Source: an uncultured Gemmatimonadales bacterium
Lineage (GTDB): Bacteria; Gemmatimonadota; Gemmatimonadetes; Gemmatimonadales; GWC2-71-9
Length of the DNA stretch: 64,000 nucleotides
Direction of reading: 5' to 3'
NCBI GenBank assembly: GCA_963795085.1
Contig: CAWCFX010000006.1
Location: forward strand, 512,001 to 576,000
Positions 1 through 9,665 of this stretch are shown here, in pieces. Within the stretch, counting starts at the first letter, position 1, and the number at the start of each line of letters is the position of its first letter. The position numbers and the translations under genes were made by a program. The notes below the pieces were generated by a model that had not been told where the DNA came from, ran no database searches, and saw only the letters and a program-made list of their open reading frames with translations.

Positions 1-901
<901 letters not shown>

Positions 902-1053
902 CGTTGTCTCCTTACAACTGTGGTCTGGTCACACCGTGGACCGGGGGGTACAAGCTTACTCCCGGATCTCTATGCAATTTGCGCGCACTGACGCCGACAC
1001 CCCACATAACGGGGTCCAGCGGTCCCACCAGCGCGACACCACGACACCATAAC

Positions 1054-1071
1054 TGTTGCAGACACGCCACA
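1054..1071. promoter_or_regulatory. Putative upstream activator sequence (bEBP site), TGTTGC-N6-GCCACA
   Basis: TGTTGCAGACACGCCACA; the same 18-bp palindrome recurs at 40816, 42202 and 63023, each time upstream of a sigma54-like motif. Confidence 0.55.
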
Positions 1072-1194
1072 GAATGGCAAGGGCGAACCGCTCCGACCAC
1101 TATCAAAAGGGTCAACAAACACGGTGGGCGGAGCGTAGCCTGAATTACCTTGGCCCCCGCAATGGGGGAGCCCAGGCTTGACCCGGGCAGAACA

Positions 1195-1210
1195 CGGTAT
1201 CTCCTTTGCG
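1195..1210 (+). promoter_or_regulatory. Putative sigma54 (-24/-12) promoter for wzc
   Basis: CGGTATCTCCTTTGCG: GG-N10-GC with TTGC, 65 nt upstream of the ATG at 1275. Confidence 0.5.
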
Positions 1211-1274
1211 TACAGCAGTTGAGCCCCCATCCCTTTTCGGGGGCCACGCCCTAGTCACCCGGAGCCGTCTCCGC

Positions 1275-3713
1275 ATGTCCGGTAACCTGATTCCGTCCCA
1301 TGGACCTCAATCGCTCGAGCCCCAGCAGGACCTGGGTCTCCAGGGTGGGGCGCCCTACGATGTCCCACCCGCCGACACCGGCGACGGCGTCCAGTGGGGC
1401 CGGTATATTTCGGCGCTCCGGCGGTACCGCTGGTTCATGCTCCTGGTCGTATTGCTGGGAACCGGGATCGGGGTGGGCATCACCCGCTTCATCGATCCCG
1501 AGTACGTGGCCCGCTCTACCCTGTGGATCGAACAGGGAGGGGGCAAGGGCGGCCCCATTCAGTCCAAGCAGCTGGTCGGCGGGAACCAGTGGACCGAACT
1601 GATCCGGAGCTTTGTGGTCATCGACACCGTGGTGCTCCGGCTTTCGCTGTTCGTGGAGCCCAGGAAAACGGCCGATTCCACGGTGTTTCGCGGGTTTTCG
1701 CTGGCCCGGCGGTTCGTCCCTGGGAAGTTCTCCATCAAGGTGAACGAGGCGGGCGACCGCTATTCGCTGGTCTCTAATGAAGGGGTAGACGTCGAAACTG
1801 GCGTCGTGGGCGATTCCGTGGGCCGCAAGATCGGCTTTCTCTGGCAGCCCGCCAAGCGGGCCCTGGGCCGGGACCGGACCATCAAGTTCACCGTCACCAC
1901 CCCGCGAGAGGCGTCGAACCAGCTGCTGGCCCGGTTCAACGCGGGCATGCAGGTGGAGAGCAACTTCCTTCGGCTGACGCTCAAGGATATCGATCCGTAC
2001 CGCGCCGCGGCCACCCTGAACATTCTCGACACTCAGTTCGTCAATCTTTCGGCCGATCTCAAGAAGAAGCAGATCGCCGAGCTGTCGCTCATCCTGAAGA
2101 GCCAGCTGGACACGGTCCAGGCCCAGCTGCGCGACGCCGAAAACAAGTATAAGAACTACCAGATCGCGATCATCACCGAGCCGACTCAGCAAATCGGGGT
2201 CAGCCCCGGCCTGCTGTCCACCTCGGCGCAGTCCACCAGCATGTACTTCCAGCAGAAGATGCAGCTGGACGCGGTGACCAAGGACCGCGAGGCCATCGAG
2301 CAGGTGCTGGGCCGGCTCCGGACCGGTGAAGCGACGGTGGACGCGTTTCAGACCATCGGCATCGTCCGGACCTCCCCGGCCCTGTCCGGGGCCCTCACCG
2401 AGCTGTCCCAGAAGGAATCGGAACTGCGCGCCCTGCTCTACCGGTACACGGACGAGCACAAGCCGGTGCAGGACGTCAAGGTGATGATCCAGACGCTCAA
2501 GGAGCAGACGATTCCGGAACTGGCCAACGCGCTGGTCACCCAGTTGCGCAGCCAGGAAGGCAATCTGGGGCAGGATCTCAGGGGGGCGGAGGCCGACCTC
2601 CGACTGATCCCGGTCCGGGCCATCGAGGAGGCCCGGCTGGCCCGCGACGTCCAGGCGCTTACCATGCTGGCCACCGACCTCAATAACCGGTACCAGCAGA
2701 ACGCCCTGGCGGAGAAGAGTTCGCAGGCGGACGTGCGCATTCTCGACGATGCCCAGCCGCCCCTCAAGCCGACCAGCAACACGGCGCCCAAGATCATCCT
2801 GATGGCGTTCGCGGCCAGCCTTGGCGCGGCGCTGGCGCTGGCGATCCTGCTGGATATGCTGGATAAGCGGTTCCGCTACCCGGAGCAGGTATCCCGGGAA
2901 CTGGGGCTGAGTATCCTGGGCGCAATTCCCGGGATCAAGCGCTCCAACGGCCGGCAACTCAAGGCCGAGGAGGCGGCGCAGGTGGTCGAGGCCTTCCGCA
3001 CGGTACGCCTCAACCTGGCCCATTCCTACGGGGCGGCGGGTCCGGTCATGCTGACCGTCTCCAGTCCGGGCTCCGGCGACGGCAAGTCGCTGGTGTCCTC
3101 CAACCTGGCTCTTTCCTTCGCAGAAGCGGGCTACCGGACGCTGCTGATCGACGGCGATATCCGGCGCGGGGAGTTGCACCGGATGTTCAGCCTCGACCGG
3201 CGGCCCGGCTTGCTCGACTACCTGGTCGGCGATTCCACGATGGACGCGATCGTGCGGACTTCGACGCACGAAGGGCTCTCGGTGATTCCCTGCGGCACCC
3301 GGCGGCAGCAGGGGCCCGAGTTGCTCGGTTCCGCCGCGATGAGCCACCTCATGGCCGAAATGAAGACCCGGTTCAACGTGATCATCGTGGACAGTCCGCC
3401 GCTGGGTGCCGGCATCGATCCCTTCGTGCTGGGCACGGCGACCGGCCACATGCTGATGGTGTTCCGGTCCGGCGAGACCGACCGCCAGATGGCGGAGGCC
3501 AAGCTGAAGCTGCTGGACCGCCTGCCGGTCCGGGTACTGGGCGCGGTGCTCAACGACATCCAGGCCGATGGCGTGTACAAGTACTACTCCTATCTCTATG
3601 GCTATACCGCGGACGAGGAAGGAACCCGGCAACTCGCCGGTCAGACCGCCGATACCCCGGGCAATGGCAACGGGGACGGAGGCGGTGGGGAAATCGAGGT
3701 GGGGACCAAGTAG
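1275..3713 (+). CDS. wzc: Polysaccharide co-polymerase / BY tyrosine kinase (Wzc/GumC-CpsD type)
   Basis: Two TM helices flanking a coiled-coil periplasmic region; Walker A SPGSGDGKS, A' LLIDGDIRR, B IIVDSPP; C-terminal Tyr cluster YKYYSYLYGY. Start moved to ATG 1275 (GGAG at 1261). Confidence 0.93.
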   Translation: MSGNLIPSHGPQSLEPQQDLGLQGGAPYDVPPADTGDGVQWGRYISALRRYRWFMLLVVLLGTGIGVGITRFIDPEYVARSTLWIEQGGGKGGPIQSKQLVGGNQWTELIRSFVVIDTVVLRLSLFVEPRKTADSTVFRGFSLARRFVPGKFSIKVNEAGDRYSLVSNEGVDVETGVVGDSVGRKIGFLWQPAKRALGRDRTIKFTVTTPREASNQLLARFNAGMQVESNFLRLTLKDIDPYRAAATLNILDTQFVNLSADLKKKQIAELSLILKSQLDTVQAQLRDAENKYKNYQIAIITEPTQQIGVSPGLLSTSAQSTSMYFQQKMQLDAVTKDREAIEQVLGRLRTGEATVDAFQTIGIVRTSPALSGALTELSQKESELRALLYRYTDEHKPVQDVKVMIQTLKEQTIPELANALVTQLRSQEGNLGQDLRGAEADLRLIPVRAIEEARLARDVQALTMLATDLNNRYQQNALAEKSSQADVRILDDAQPPLKPTSNTAPKIILMAFAASLGAALALAILLDMLDKRFRYPEQVSRELGLSILGAIPGIKRSNGRQLKAEEAAQVVEAFRTVRLNLAHSYGAAGPVMLTVSSPGSGDGKSLVSSNLALSFAEAGYRTLLIDGDIRRGELHRMFSLDRRPGLLDYLVGDSTMDAIVRTSTHEGLSVIPCGTRRQQGPELLGSAAMSHLMAEMKTRFNVIIVDSPPLGAGIDPFVLGTATGHMLMVFRSGETDRQMAEAKLKLLDRLPVRVLGAVLNDIQADGVYKYYSYLYGYTADEEGTRQLAGQTADTPGNGNGDGGGGEIEVGTK

Positions 3714-3721
3714 CCACGACA

Positions 3722-3746
3722 AAGGGCCGGTCGAGGACCGGCCCTT
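3722..3746. terminator. Hairpin between convergent genes, probable bidirectional terminator
   Basis: AAGGGCCGGTC-GAG-GACCGGCCCTT, a perfect 11-bp stem just after the wzc stop. Confidence 0.75.
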
Positions 3747-3762
3747 CTGTTACCGCCGGGAC

Positions 3763-4725
3763 TCAGGACAGCGACTTGACGGGCACCTGCTCGAAGGCCT
3801 TGATCCGCTCGCCATTGCCCTCGGTGCGAAGGTGGCGGAGGGCGGTGGTGGCGCGAAGCAGCATCTCGACCGCGTCCACCGACGATTCGGCGAAATCGGG
3901 CACGGCGCAGTACCCCGCCCGGATGCGAAGCCGTTTCTCAAGATCGCCCAGGTTGACGCTCTCCGACTCGATGCTCTGCCCCAGTCGCTGCATCAGGCGG
4001 AGCGCTCCCTCGGCCTCGGTGCCGGGGGCGATGACCGCGAATTCGGACCGGCCCAGCCGGCCGATGGCGTCGGAGGCACGGCCGTGCTGGCGAATGATTT
4101 CGCCGACCCGCTCGGCGACCCTGAGGGCGATCTCTTCGGTGGCCTGATCGGTGTGGTCGGAGGCGGCGGATTCGGGATCGGGCGAGAAAACGATGCAGGC
4201 GAGGGCGTGGTGGCGGCGAAAGGCTTCGGACCCGATTTCGCGAGCCCGCTTGGCGAGGCCCCGCATGTTATAAAGCCCGGTCAGCTGGTCCAGCAGGCTT
4301 TCATCACGAACCCGGTCGATTTCAAACTTGGCCCGGATGAATGTCTGCAGCTTGAGCAGCAGCGCTTCGCCGTCGAGCGGCTGGCCCAGGAACTCCCATG
4401 CGCCGGCGCGGTAGGCTTCCAGCCGCTGAGCTCTTCCGGAGGGGCCGCTGGTGGTGATGATGATCGGGACCGTGCCGCTGAAGCGGGCATCATCCTTGAG
4501 CGCCCGGCACACCTCGACCCCATGCATGTCCGGCATCTGGGCGTCGAGGATGATCAGGTCCGGCTGCGCGGTCCGGGCCCGGTCAAGGGCCTGCTGCCCG
4601 GTATAGGCGCGGAGCACGGCAAAGCCGTTGGGCGCGAGAATGCTCTCCAGCGAGCGGGCAGACCATTCCTGGTCATTCGCGATGAGGACGAGAGGTGGGC
4701 GTGACGCCTTTTCGCGGTCGGTCAT
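3763..4725 (-). CDS. Atypical receiver + degenerate GGDEF protein, probable c-di-GMP receptor
   Basis: REC: VLIANDQ...LIILDAQMPDMHG...FLGQP (conserved K replaced by Q). GGDEF region: DQLTGLYN...RASD-AIGRL-GRSEF. Start taken at ATG 4725. Confidence 0.85.
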   Translation of the reverse strand: MTDREKASRPPLVLIANDQEWSARSLESILAPNGFAVLRAYTGQQALDRARTAQPDLIILDAQMPDMHGVEVCRALKDDARFSGTVPIIITTSGPSGRAQRLEAYRAGAWEFLGQPLDGEALLLKLQTFIRAKFEIDRVRDESLLDQLTGLYNMRGLAKRAREIGSEAFRRHHALACIVFSPDPESAASDHTDQATEEIALRVAERVGEIIRQHGRASDAIGRLGRSEFAVIAPGTEAEGALRLMQRLGQSIESESVNLGDLEKRLRIRAGYCAVPDFAESSVDAVEMLLRATTALRHLRTEGNGERIKAFEQVPVKSLS

Positions 4726-4731
4726 TATCTC

Positions 4732-4790
4732 TCGCTCGGGGAGCCGGTCTTGGACTTCGCTCGGGGAGCCGGTCTTGGACTTCGCTCGGG
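4732..4790. repeat. Tandem direct repeat, 25-bp unit x about 2.4
   Basis: TCGCTCGGGGAGCCGGTCTTGGACT at 4732-4756 and 4757-4781, then TCGCTCGGG at 4782-4790; no spacers. Confidence 0.9.
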
Positions 4791-4871
4791 TCGGACGCGG
4801 AACTTCTGGTTCTGACTGCAGGACTCGTGCGGGACCGGTCTGAGCCCGCAAGACAATACAAATCTTAGTCT

Positions 4872-4885
4872 TATATTGCAATATA
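4872..4885. promoter_or_regulatory. Perfect 14-bp AT-rich palindrome, possible operator
   Basis: TATATTGCAATATA in a divergent intergenic region of a GC-rich sequence. Confidence 0.45.
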
Positions 4886-4917
4886 GTTTGCAGGGCGGCA
4901 GTCCGGGCGCAACATCG

Positions 4918-5018
4918 CTACAGCCTTGAAACCACAAGACTTAGTCCGGGGATGTCGGCGCTCGCTCCCTTCGCCAGCCATGATTGACATGGTAAGTTGT
5001 TATAATTACTTGGCTTAC
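4918..5018. promoter_or_regulatory. Two IHF-like 27-bp AT-rich sites (4918-4944 and 4992-5018)
   Basis: CTAAGTCTTGTGGTTTCAAGGCTGTAG (minus) and GTAAGTTGTTATAATTACTTGGCTTAC (plus); similar to the sites at 42262 and 55151, with partial matches to the IHF core CAA-N4-TTR. Confidence 0.35.
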
Positions 5019-5334
5019 ATGGTGCGACGGGGACCAAGCCAGTGGGTGAAGACCGGGAGGGAAAAGGGCGGGGACCTCCCGGTGCCGAAACTTGCCCCTT
5101 AACGGCGCCGAGGAGCCCGCGAACCCGATCTCCGGACCTGGAGAGCCCGGGATTCCAATCGACCTGTGGCACAGCCACCTCACTTAGTGTAAGCGATTGC
5201 CAACATTGAGACTTCCAAGACTTTCCCGGGTTCTGTATCACAGGGCTATTCCTATGGTATCTCTTAGCTTGATCCACCGGGCGCCAGTGTGGGGTCCACT
5301 CAACTCTAGCACGAGGGATGCACCGGGGGAGTGC

Positions 5335-6171
5335 ATGATAGAGCCTATTCGCCATCAATCGCGCCGGCGCCTGACGCCATCGGTATACGCTTTGCTCATC
5401 CTTCTGATCGGTGCGGCCACCGCAGCGGCCCAGGTGGCTCCCACCATGGACCGGAGGCCCCAGGCTTCGCGAGCGGACCTGGAATCCACCCTGGTGGACA
5501 TCGAGAAAATTATCGCGTCGCCGGCTTACAGCGACGAGGTCAAGCGGCAGAAACAGATGGAAGCCGCCTCCATCCGGACCCGCCTCCAGGATGGCGACTT
5601 CCAGGTGGGCGACCAGTTGGCCATCACCCTGTCGGTCCCCATCCAGCCGGGGGGGCAGCCGATCAACAACGGAGTCTTCGCGGTGGGCCCGGACCAGATG
5701 CTGCAGCTTCCAGACATCGCGGCGATCCCGTTGCGCGGGGTGTTACGGTCGGAGGTGCAGACCTACCTGACCGAGCAGCTCCGCCGACTGTTCAAGGACC
5801 AGACGGTGCTGGTGGTGCCGACCATCCGGCTCACCATTCTCGGCGGGATCGGCAATCCCGGCTTCTACCAGTTGCCGGCGGACACCCCGCTCCCCGACGC
5901 CATCATGAAGGCGGGAGGGCCGGGCGGCAATACCGAACTCAACAAGTCCGTGATCCGGCGAGGCACCGAAGAATTGTGGGGAGAGGAAGAAGTCGCCGCC
6001 GCCATCACGGCCGGTACTACGCTGGATCAGCTCAACCTGCGCGCCGGGGATGAGCTGGTCATTGGCCAGAAATCCACTACGAACTGGTTCACCACATTAC
6101 GGACATACGCGCTCATCCCATCTCTGATCCTGAGCCTGGTCGCCCTCGGCCGGTTGTTCGGGATCATTTGA
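5335..6171 (+). CDS. Polysaccharide export protein with SLBB domain (Wza/OPX-like)
   Basis: Signal peptide, then FQVGDQLAI...VGPDQMLQLPDI (Poly_export-like), TILGGIGNPGFYQL...DAIMKAGG (SLBB), LRAGDELVI and a C-terminal hydrophobic helix. GGGGGAG precedes ATG 5335. Confidence 0.8.
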   Translation: MIEPIRHQSRRRLTPSVYALLILLIGAATAAAQVAPTMDRRPQASRADLESTLVDIEKIIASPAYSDEVKRQKQMEAASIRTRLQDGDFQVGDQLAITLSVPIQPGGQPINNGVFAVGPDQMLQLPDIAAIPLRGVLRSEVQTYLTEQLRRLFKDQTVLVVPTIRLTILGGIGNPGFYQLPADTPLPDAIMKAGGPGGNTELNKSVIRRGTEELWGEEEVAAAITAGTTLDQLNLRAGDELVIGQKSTTNWFTTLRTYALIPSLILSLVALGRLFGII

Positions 6172-6929
6172 CGGCCCCGGTCGACGTGCCGATGCCGCAC
6201 GGCGGGTCCAAGGCGGCCCGGGTCACGCCGCGTGAGCGAAGCCTGCGGCTGGTCGAGGAGGCGGCGCGCGCGCCGGTGGTGCAGCCGCGGTCAGAACTGC
6301 TGAACCGGGCGGTGAACGTCGTCGTCGCGTCGCTCGCGCTGATTCTCCTGTCGCCGGTGTTCCTCCTGATCGCGGTCCTGATCAAGTTTACCTCCCGGGG
6401 CCCGGTGTTCTATTCCCAGACCCGGGTCGGTATCGACCGCCGGGCCGGGCGTTCCACCGCCCCCAGCCACCGGCGGATCCAGGATCTGGGCGGCCACATC
6501 TTCACCATCTACAAGTTTCGCACGATGCACGTCAACGCGGAGCACCTCTCGGGCGCCGTGTGGGCTACCCGGGAAGACCCGCGGGTCACTTCCATCGGCG
6601 GGCTTCTCCGGAAGTACCGGCTCGACGAACTGCCCCAGTTGATCAACGTGCTCACCGGCGACATGAACATCGTGGGCCCCCGCCCGGAGCGTCCCAGCAT
6701 TTTCATGAAGCTTCGCAAGGACATCCTCGGGTACGCTTTCCGGCAGCGGGCCAAGCCGGGCATCACCGGGCTGGCCCAGATCAACCAGCACTACGACGCC
6801 ACGGTCGAGGACGTCAGGAACAAGCTCCGCTTCGACCTTCTTTACCTGGGCCGGCAGGGCCTGCTCGAGGATCTCAAGATCATGCTCAAGACGGTGCCCG
6901 TGATCCTGTTCAAGCGGGGAGGCTGGTAA
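6168..6929 (+). CDS. Priming sugar transferase (polyprenyl-phosphate glycosylphosphotransferase, Bac_transf family)
   Basis: One TM followed by GPVFYSQTRVG, FTIYKFRTM, DPRVT, RLDELPQLINVL-GDMNIVGPRPE and KPGITGLAQIN. Confidence 0.93.
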   Translation: MTAPVDVPMPHGGSKAARVTPRERSLRLVEEAARAPVVQPRSELLNRAVNVVVASLALILLSPVFLLIAVLIKFTSRGPVFYSQTRVGIDRRAGRSTAPSHRRIQDLGGHIFTIYKFRTMHVNAEHLSGAVWATREDPRVTSIGGLLRKYRLDELPQLINVLTGDMNIVGPRPERPSIFMKLRKDILGYAFRQRAKPGITGLAQINQHYDATVEDVRNKLRFDLLYLGRQGLLEDLKIMLKTVPVILFKRGGW

Positions 6930-6933
6930 GCCA

Positions 6934-7830
6934 GTGGCCACGACTGCAGACCAGGTGGCGAGCCGGGGAGCGCGCGACTTCATGAGTTACGCGCCGCACC
7001 TGCTCACGGCCGTCGCTTTTATCATCCTGTTCTCCCACCCGATGACGCTGCTGGCCCGCGACTGGTGGAACGACCCCGAAGCGGGTCACGGCCTGCTGCT
7101 GGCGCCGATCTCCATCTGGCTGGCCTGGAAGGCCGGTATCCGGCCCGGCAGCCGCCCCAGCGTGCTGCTGGGGTCGCTGCTGATCCTGGGCGCGGTGGGC
7201 CTGCGGTACCTGAGCGGGCTGGCGGCGGAGCTGTTCACCATGCGGATGTCCATGGTGATCGCGCTGGCCGGGATCATCGTGTTCTTCTGGGGCGTGCGCC
7301 AGGTACTTCACTGGTGGCTGCCTTTCGCACTGTTCATGCTGTCCATCCCGATTCCGGCGGTGCTGATCAACGCCCTCGCGTTCCCGCTCCAGCTCAAGGC
7401 CTCCTCGATGGGCGCCGCCCTGCTGGAGTTCCGTCACGTCCCGGTCAAGCTCATGGGCAACGTCATCCTGCTGCCCGGGCGACAACTCTTTGTCACCGAA
7501 GCCTGCAGCGGCCTGCGCTCGCTCACCGCGCTGCTGGCGCTCGGGCTCCTGGTGGGCGGCATGTTTCTCAAGCATCCGCTCAGCCGGGTCCTGCTGGTGG
7601 GGATCACCCTCCCGGTGGCCATCGTGGTCAATGCCTTCCGGGTGTTCCTCACCGGGTTCCTGGTATTCTACGTATCGCCCGAAATGGGCGAAGGTTTCAT
7701 GCACATGAGCGAGGGCTGGCTGCTCTTTATCGTGGCGTTCGTCATCCTCGGACTGATGGCCTGGGTGATGCGCATCGCGGAGCGGCAACTGGCCGCCCGC
7801 CGGACCGGGAGGATTGCGGCTGATGACTAA
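6934..7830 (+). CDS. epsH: Exosortase (EpsH family); start could be ATG 6982
   Basis: About 8 TM helices; HGLLLAP, catalytic Cys in VTEACSGLRSL, Arg in NAFRV, His in FMHMSEG; followed by EpsI. Confidence 0.92.
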   Translation: MATTADQVASRGARDFMSYAPHLLTAVAFIILFSHPMTLLARDWWNDPEAGHGLLLAPISIWLAWKAGIRPGSRPSVLLGSLLILGAVGLRYLSGLAAELFTMRMSMVIALAGIIVFFWGVRQVLHWWLPFALFMLSIPIPAVLINALAFPLQLKASSMGAALLEFRHVPVKLMGNVILLPGRQLFVTEACSGLRSLTALLALGLLVGGMFLKHPLSRVLLVGITLPVAIVVNAFRVFLTGFLVFYVSPEMGEGFMHMSEGWLLFIVAFVILGLMAWVMRIAERQLAARRTGRIAADD

Positions 7831-8458
7831 CTGGAAACTCTGGGTGCCCGGCGGAATGCTGGGCGTCGGCTGCCTGTTTACGCTGTTCATCGACCGCCAG
7901 TCGGAGATGCCGTTGCGGGCCCCGCTGACCAACCTCCCCGCCGAGATGGCCGGGTATGCCGGCATCGACCGGGTGGTGAGCGAAGAAGAGCAGCGGGTGG
8001 CCGGGATGACCAGCTATTCGTTCCGCGAATTTGTCCGGGACAGCCAGCTGGTCTTCACGACCTACGTGGGCTACTACGATCACCAGACCCAGGGGAAGAC
8101 CATCCATACCCCCAAGAACTGCCTGCCGGGATCGGGATGGGAAGCGTTGCAGCAGTCGGAGGTCGCCGTGGCTACCCCGCGGGGGCCGGAAACGGTCAAT
8201 CGCTACCTCCTCCAGAATGGCCAGCAGCGGGTCCTGGTGTTCTACTGGTACCAGGGACGCGGGCGGGTCGCCGCGAACGAGTACCGGGTGAAATGGGAGC
8301 TGTTGCGGGACGCCGCGATCTCGGGCCGCTCCGAGGAAGCGCTGGTGCGGATCGTGGTCCCGCTTCGCCCGGACCGGGACGAGGCCCAGGCGGTGAAACT
8401 GGCGACGGCCGTCGCCAGCGACCTGATTCCCTCGGTGTACGCCGTACTCCCGACCTGA
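7823..8458 (+). CDS. epsI: EpsI family periplasmic partner of exosortase
   Basis: YVGYYDHQTQGKTIHTPKNCLPGSGWE, VFYWYQGRGR and RSEEALVRI motifs; overlaps the exosortase stop. Confidence 0.9.
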   Translation: MTNWKLWVPGGMLGVGCLFTLFIDRQSEMPLRAPLTNLPAEMAGYAGIDRVVSEEEQRVAGMTSYSFREFVRDSQLVFTTYVGYYDHQTQGKTIHTPKNCLPGSGWEALQQSEVAVATPRGPETVNRYLLQNGQQRVLVFYWYQGRGRVAANEYRVKWELLRDAAISGRSEEALVRIVVPLRPDRDEAQAVKLATAVASDLIPSVYAVLPT

Positions 8459-8492
8459 CGGAACCACGGGTTCGGCGAGCCGGTCGCGCCGG

Positions 8493-9665
8493 TCAGGACT
8501 GGACCGGCCGCCGGGTCGGTTCCCAGATCGGGTTCCGCTCGCCGCGCAGCGCCTTGACCCAGGCCAGGACGCCGGCCAGGTTGGCGGCGAACCCAAACGC
8601 AAAGACCGTGAGAATGCGGGGCAGCCGCCGGGTATCGGCGGCCCGCATCGCCGCCGCGCCCACCACGATTCCCGCCAGCACCAGCGCCAGCAGTACCCGG
8701 GCCGCGTCCGACCAGAGGGCCAGGTAGCCCAGCCCCAGTAACGCGCCCGGCAGGGTGAAGAACACCAGCCACCGGCACAGCTTGTGGCTGATCAGCTTGA
8801 GCGCGAAGCCGCCATGGACCAGCGGGTTCATGAGGTGGCGCTTGTACCAGAGGGTGTCCAGCCCGCGGGCCATCGTTCGCACCTTGCGCCGGAACTCCGA
8901 CCGCAGCGTCCCCGCCCGGGGGACCAGGCAGACGGCCTCGTCTACCGAGACCGCCCGGTGCCCCTGCTCCTGGCTGATGAGCGCCGCCGCAAAGTCGCGG
9001 CTCAGCGCCTCGGGAAACAGCGACACGTGCAAGGGCCGCCGGATAGCATAGAAGCACCCGCTGGCGCCGATGATTCCCCCCAGCCGGGTTTCCATGGCGC
9101 GCACCTTCATTTCATATCCGACATAGCCCGATTCGCTCTGGTTGGCGTCCGAGGTAATATCACCGACACTGAGGTCCCGCCCGCTCGCCACCCCGATGGT
9201 CGCGTCCTGGAAGACCCGCACCAGCGGCTTGACAGCCTCCGGGAGGATCCGGATGGTCGCATCGGTATTGATGATGATCTCGCCGGTCAAATGGGGGCCC
9301 GCGGCGTTCTCGGCGGCGGTCTTGCCGCCCCGGCGCTCCAGCCGAAGCAGATTGACACCCTGGCCAGCGTACTCCCGCACGATGTCATCGGTCCGGTCGG
9401 TGGAGGCATCGCTGATGACCAGGATCTGGCGCCGCTCGTCGGGATAGTCGATCGCCAGCAGGGCATCCAGAGTTCGGCGGATCGAACTCTCCTCGTTGTA
9501 GGCCGGCAGCGAGAAGCTCACCGTGGGCCAGGGCTCCGGGTCGGCCAGGGACGCCGGTGGGCGGCGCACCCGGCCCAGTGCCCACAGGATCGCTGGATAC
9601 ACGAGGTAGCTGTAGGCGAAAAAGGCCGGCGGCAACAGCACCAGGACGAGGGCGAAATTCTTCAT
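8493..9665 (-). CDS. Family 2 glycosyltransferase, membrane-bound
   Basis: N-terminal TM; LPAYNEE, ISDASTDRT, GGKTAAEN, NTDAT (DxD-like), GASGCFYAIRR, EFRRKVR; C-terminal TMs. ATG 9665 overlaps the upstream stop. Confidence 0.9.
   Translation of the reverse strand: MKNFALVLVLLPPAFFAYSYLVYPAILWALGRVRRPPASLADPEPWPTVSFSLPAYNEESSIRRTLDALLAIDYPDERRQILVISDASTDRTDDIVREYAGQGVNLLRLERRGGKTAAENAAGPHLTGEIIINTDATIRILPEAVKPLVRVFQDATIGVASGRDLSVGDITSDANQSESGYVGYEMKVRAMETRLGGIIGASGCFYAIRRPLHVSLFPEALSRDFAAALISQEQGHRAVSVDEAVCLVPRAGTLRSEFRRKVRTMARGLDTLWYKRHLMNPLVHGGFALKLISHKLCRWLVFFTLPGALLGLGYLALWSDAARVLLALVLAGIVVGAAAMRAADTRRLPRILTVFAFGFAANLAGVLAWVKALRGERNPIWEPTRRPVQS

Noticed and set aside
4732..4790. Possible mini CRISPR array
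   Set aside because: The repeats are directly adjacent with no spacers, there are only about 2.4 copies, and no cas genes are in the window.
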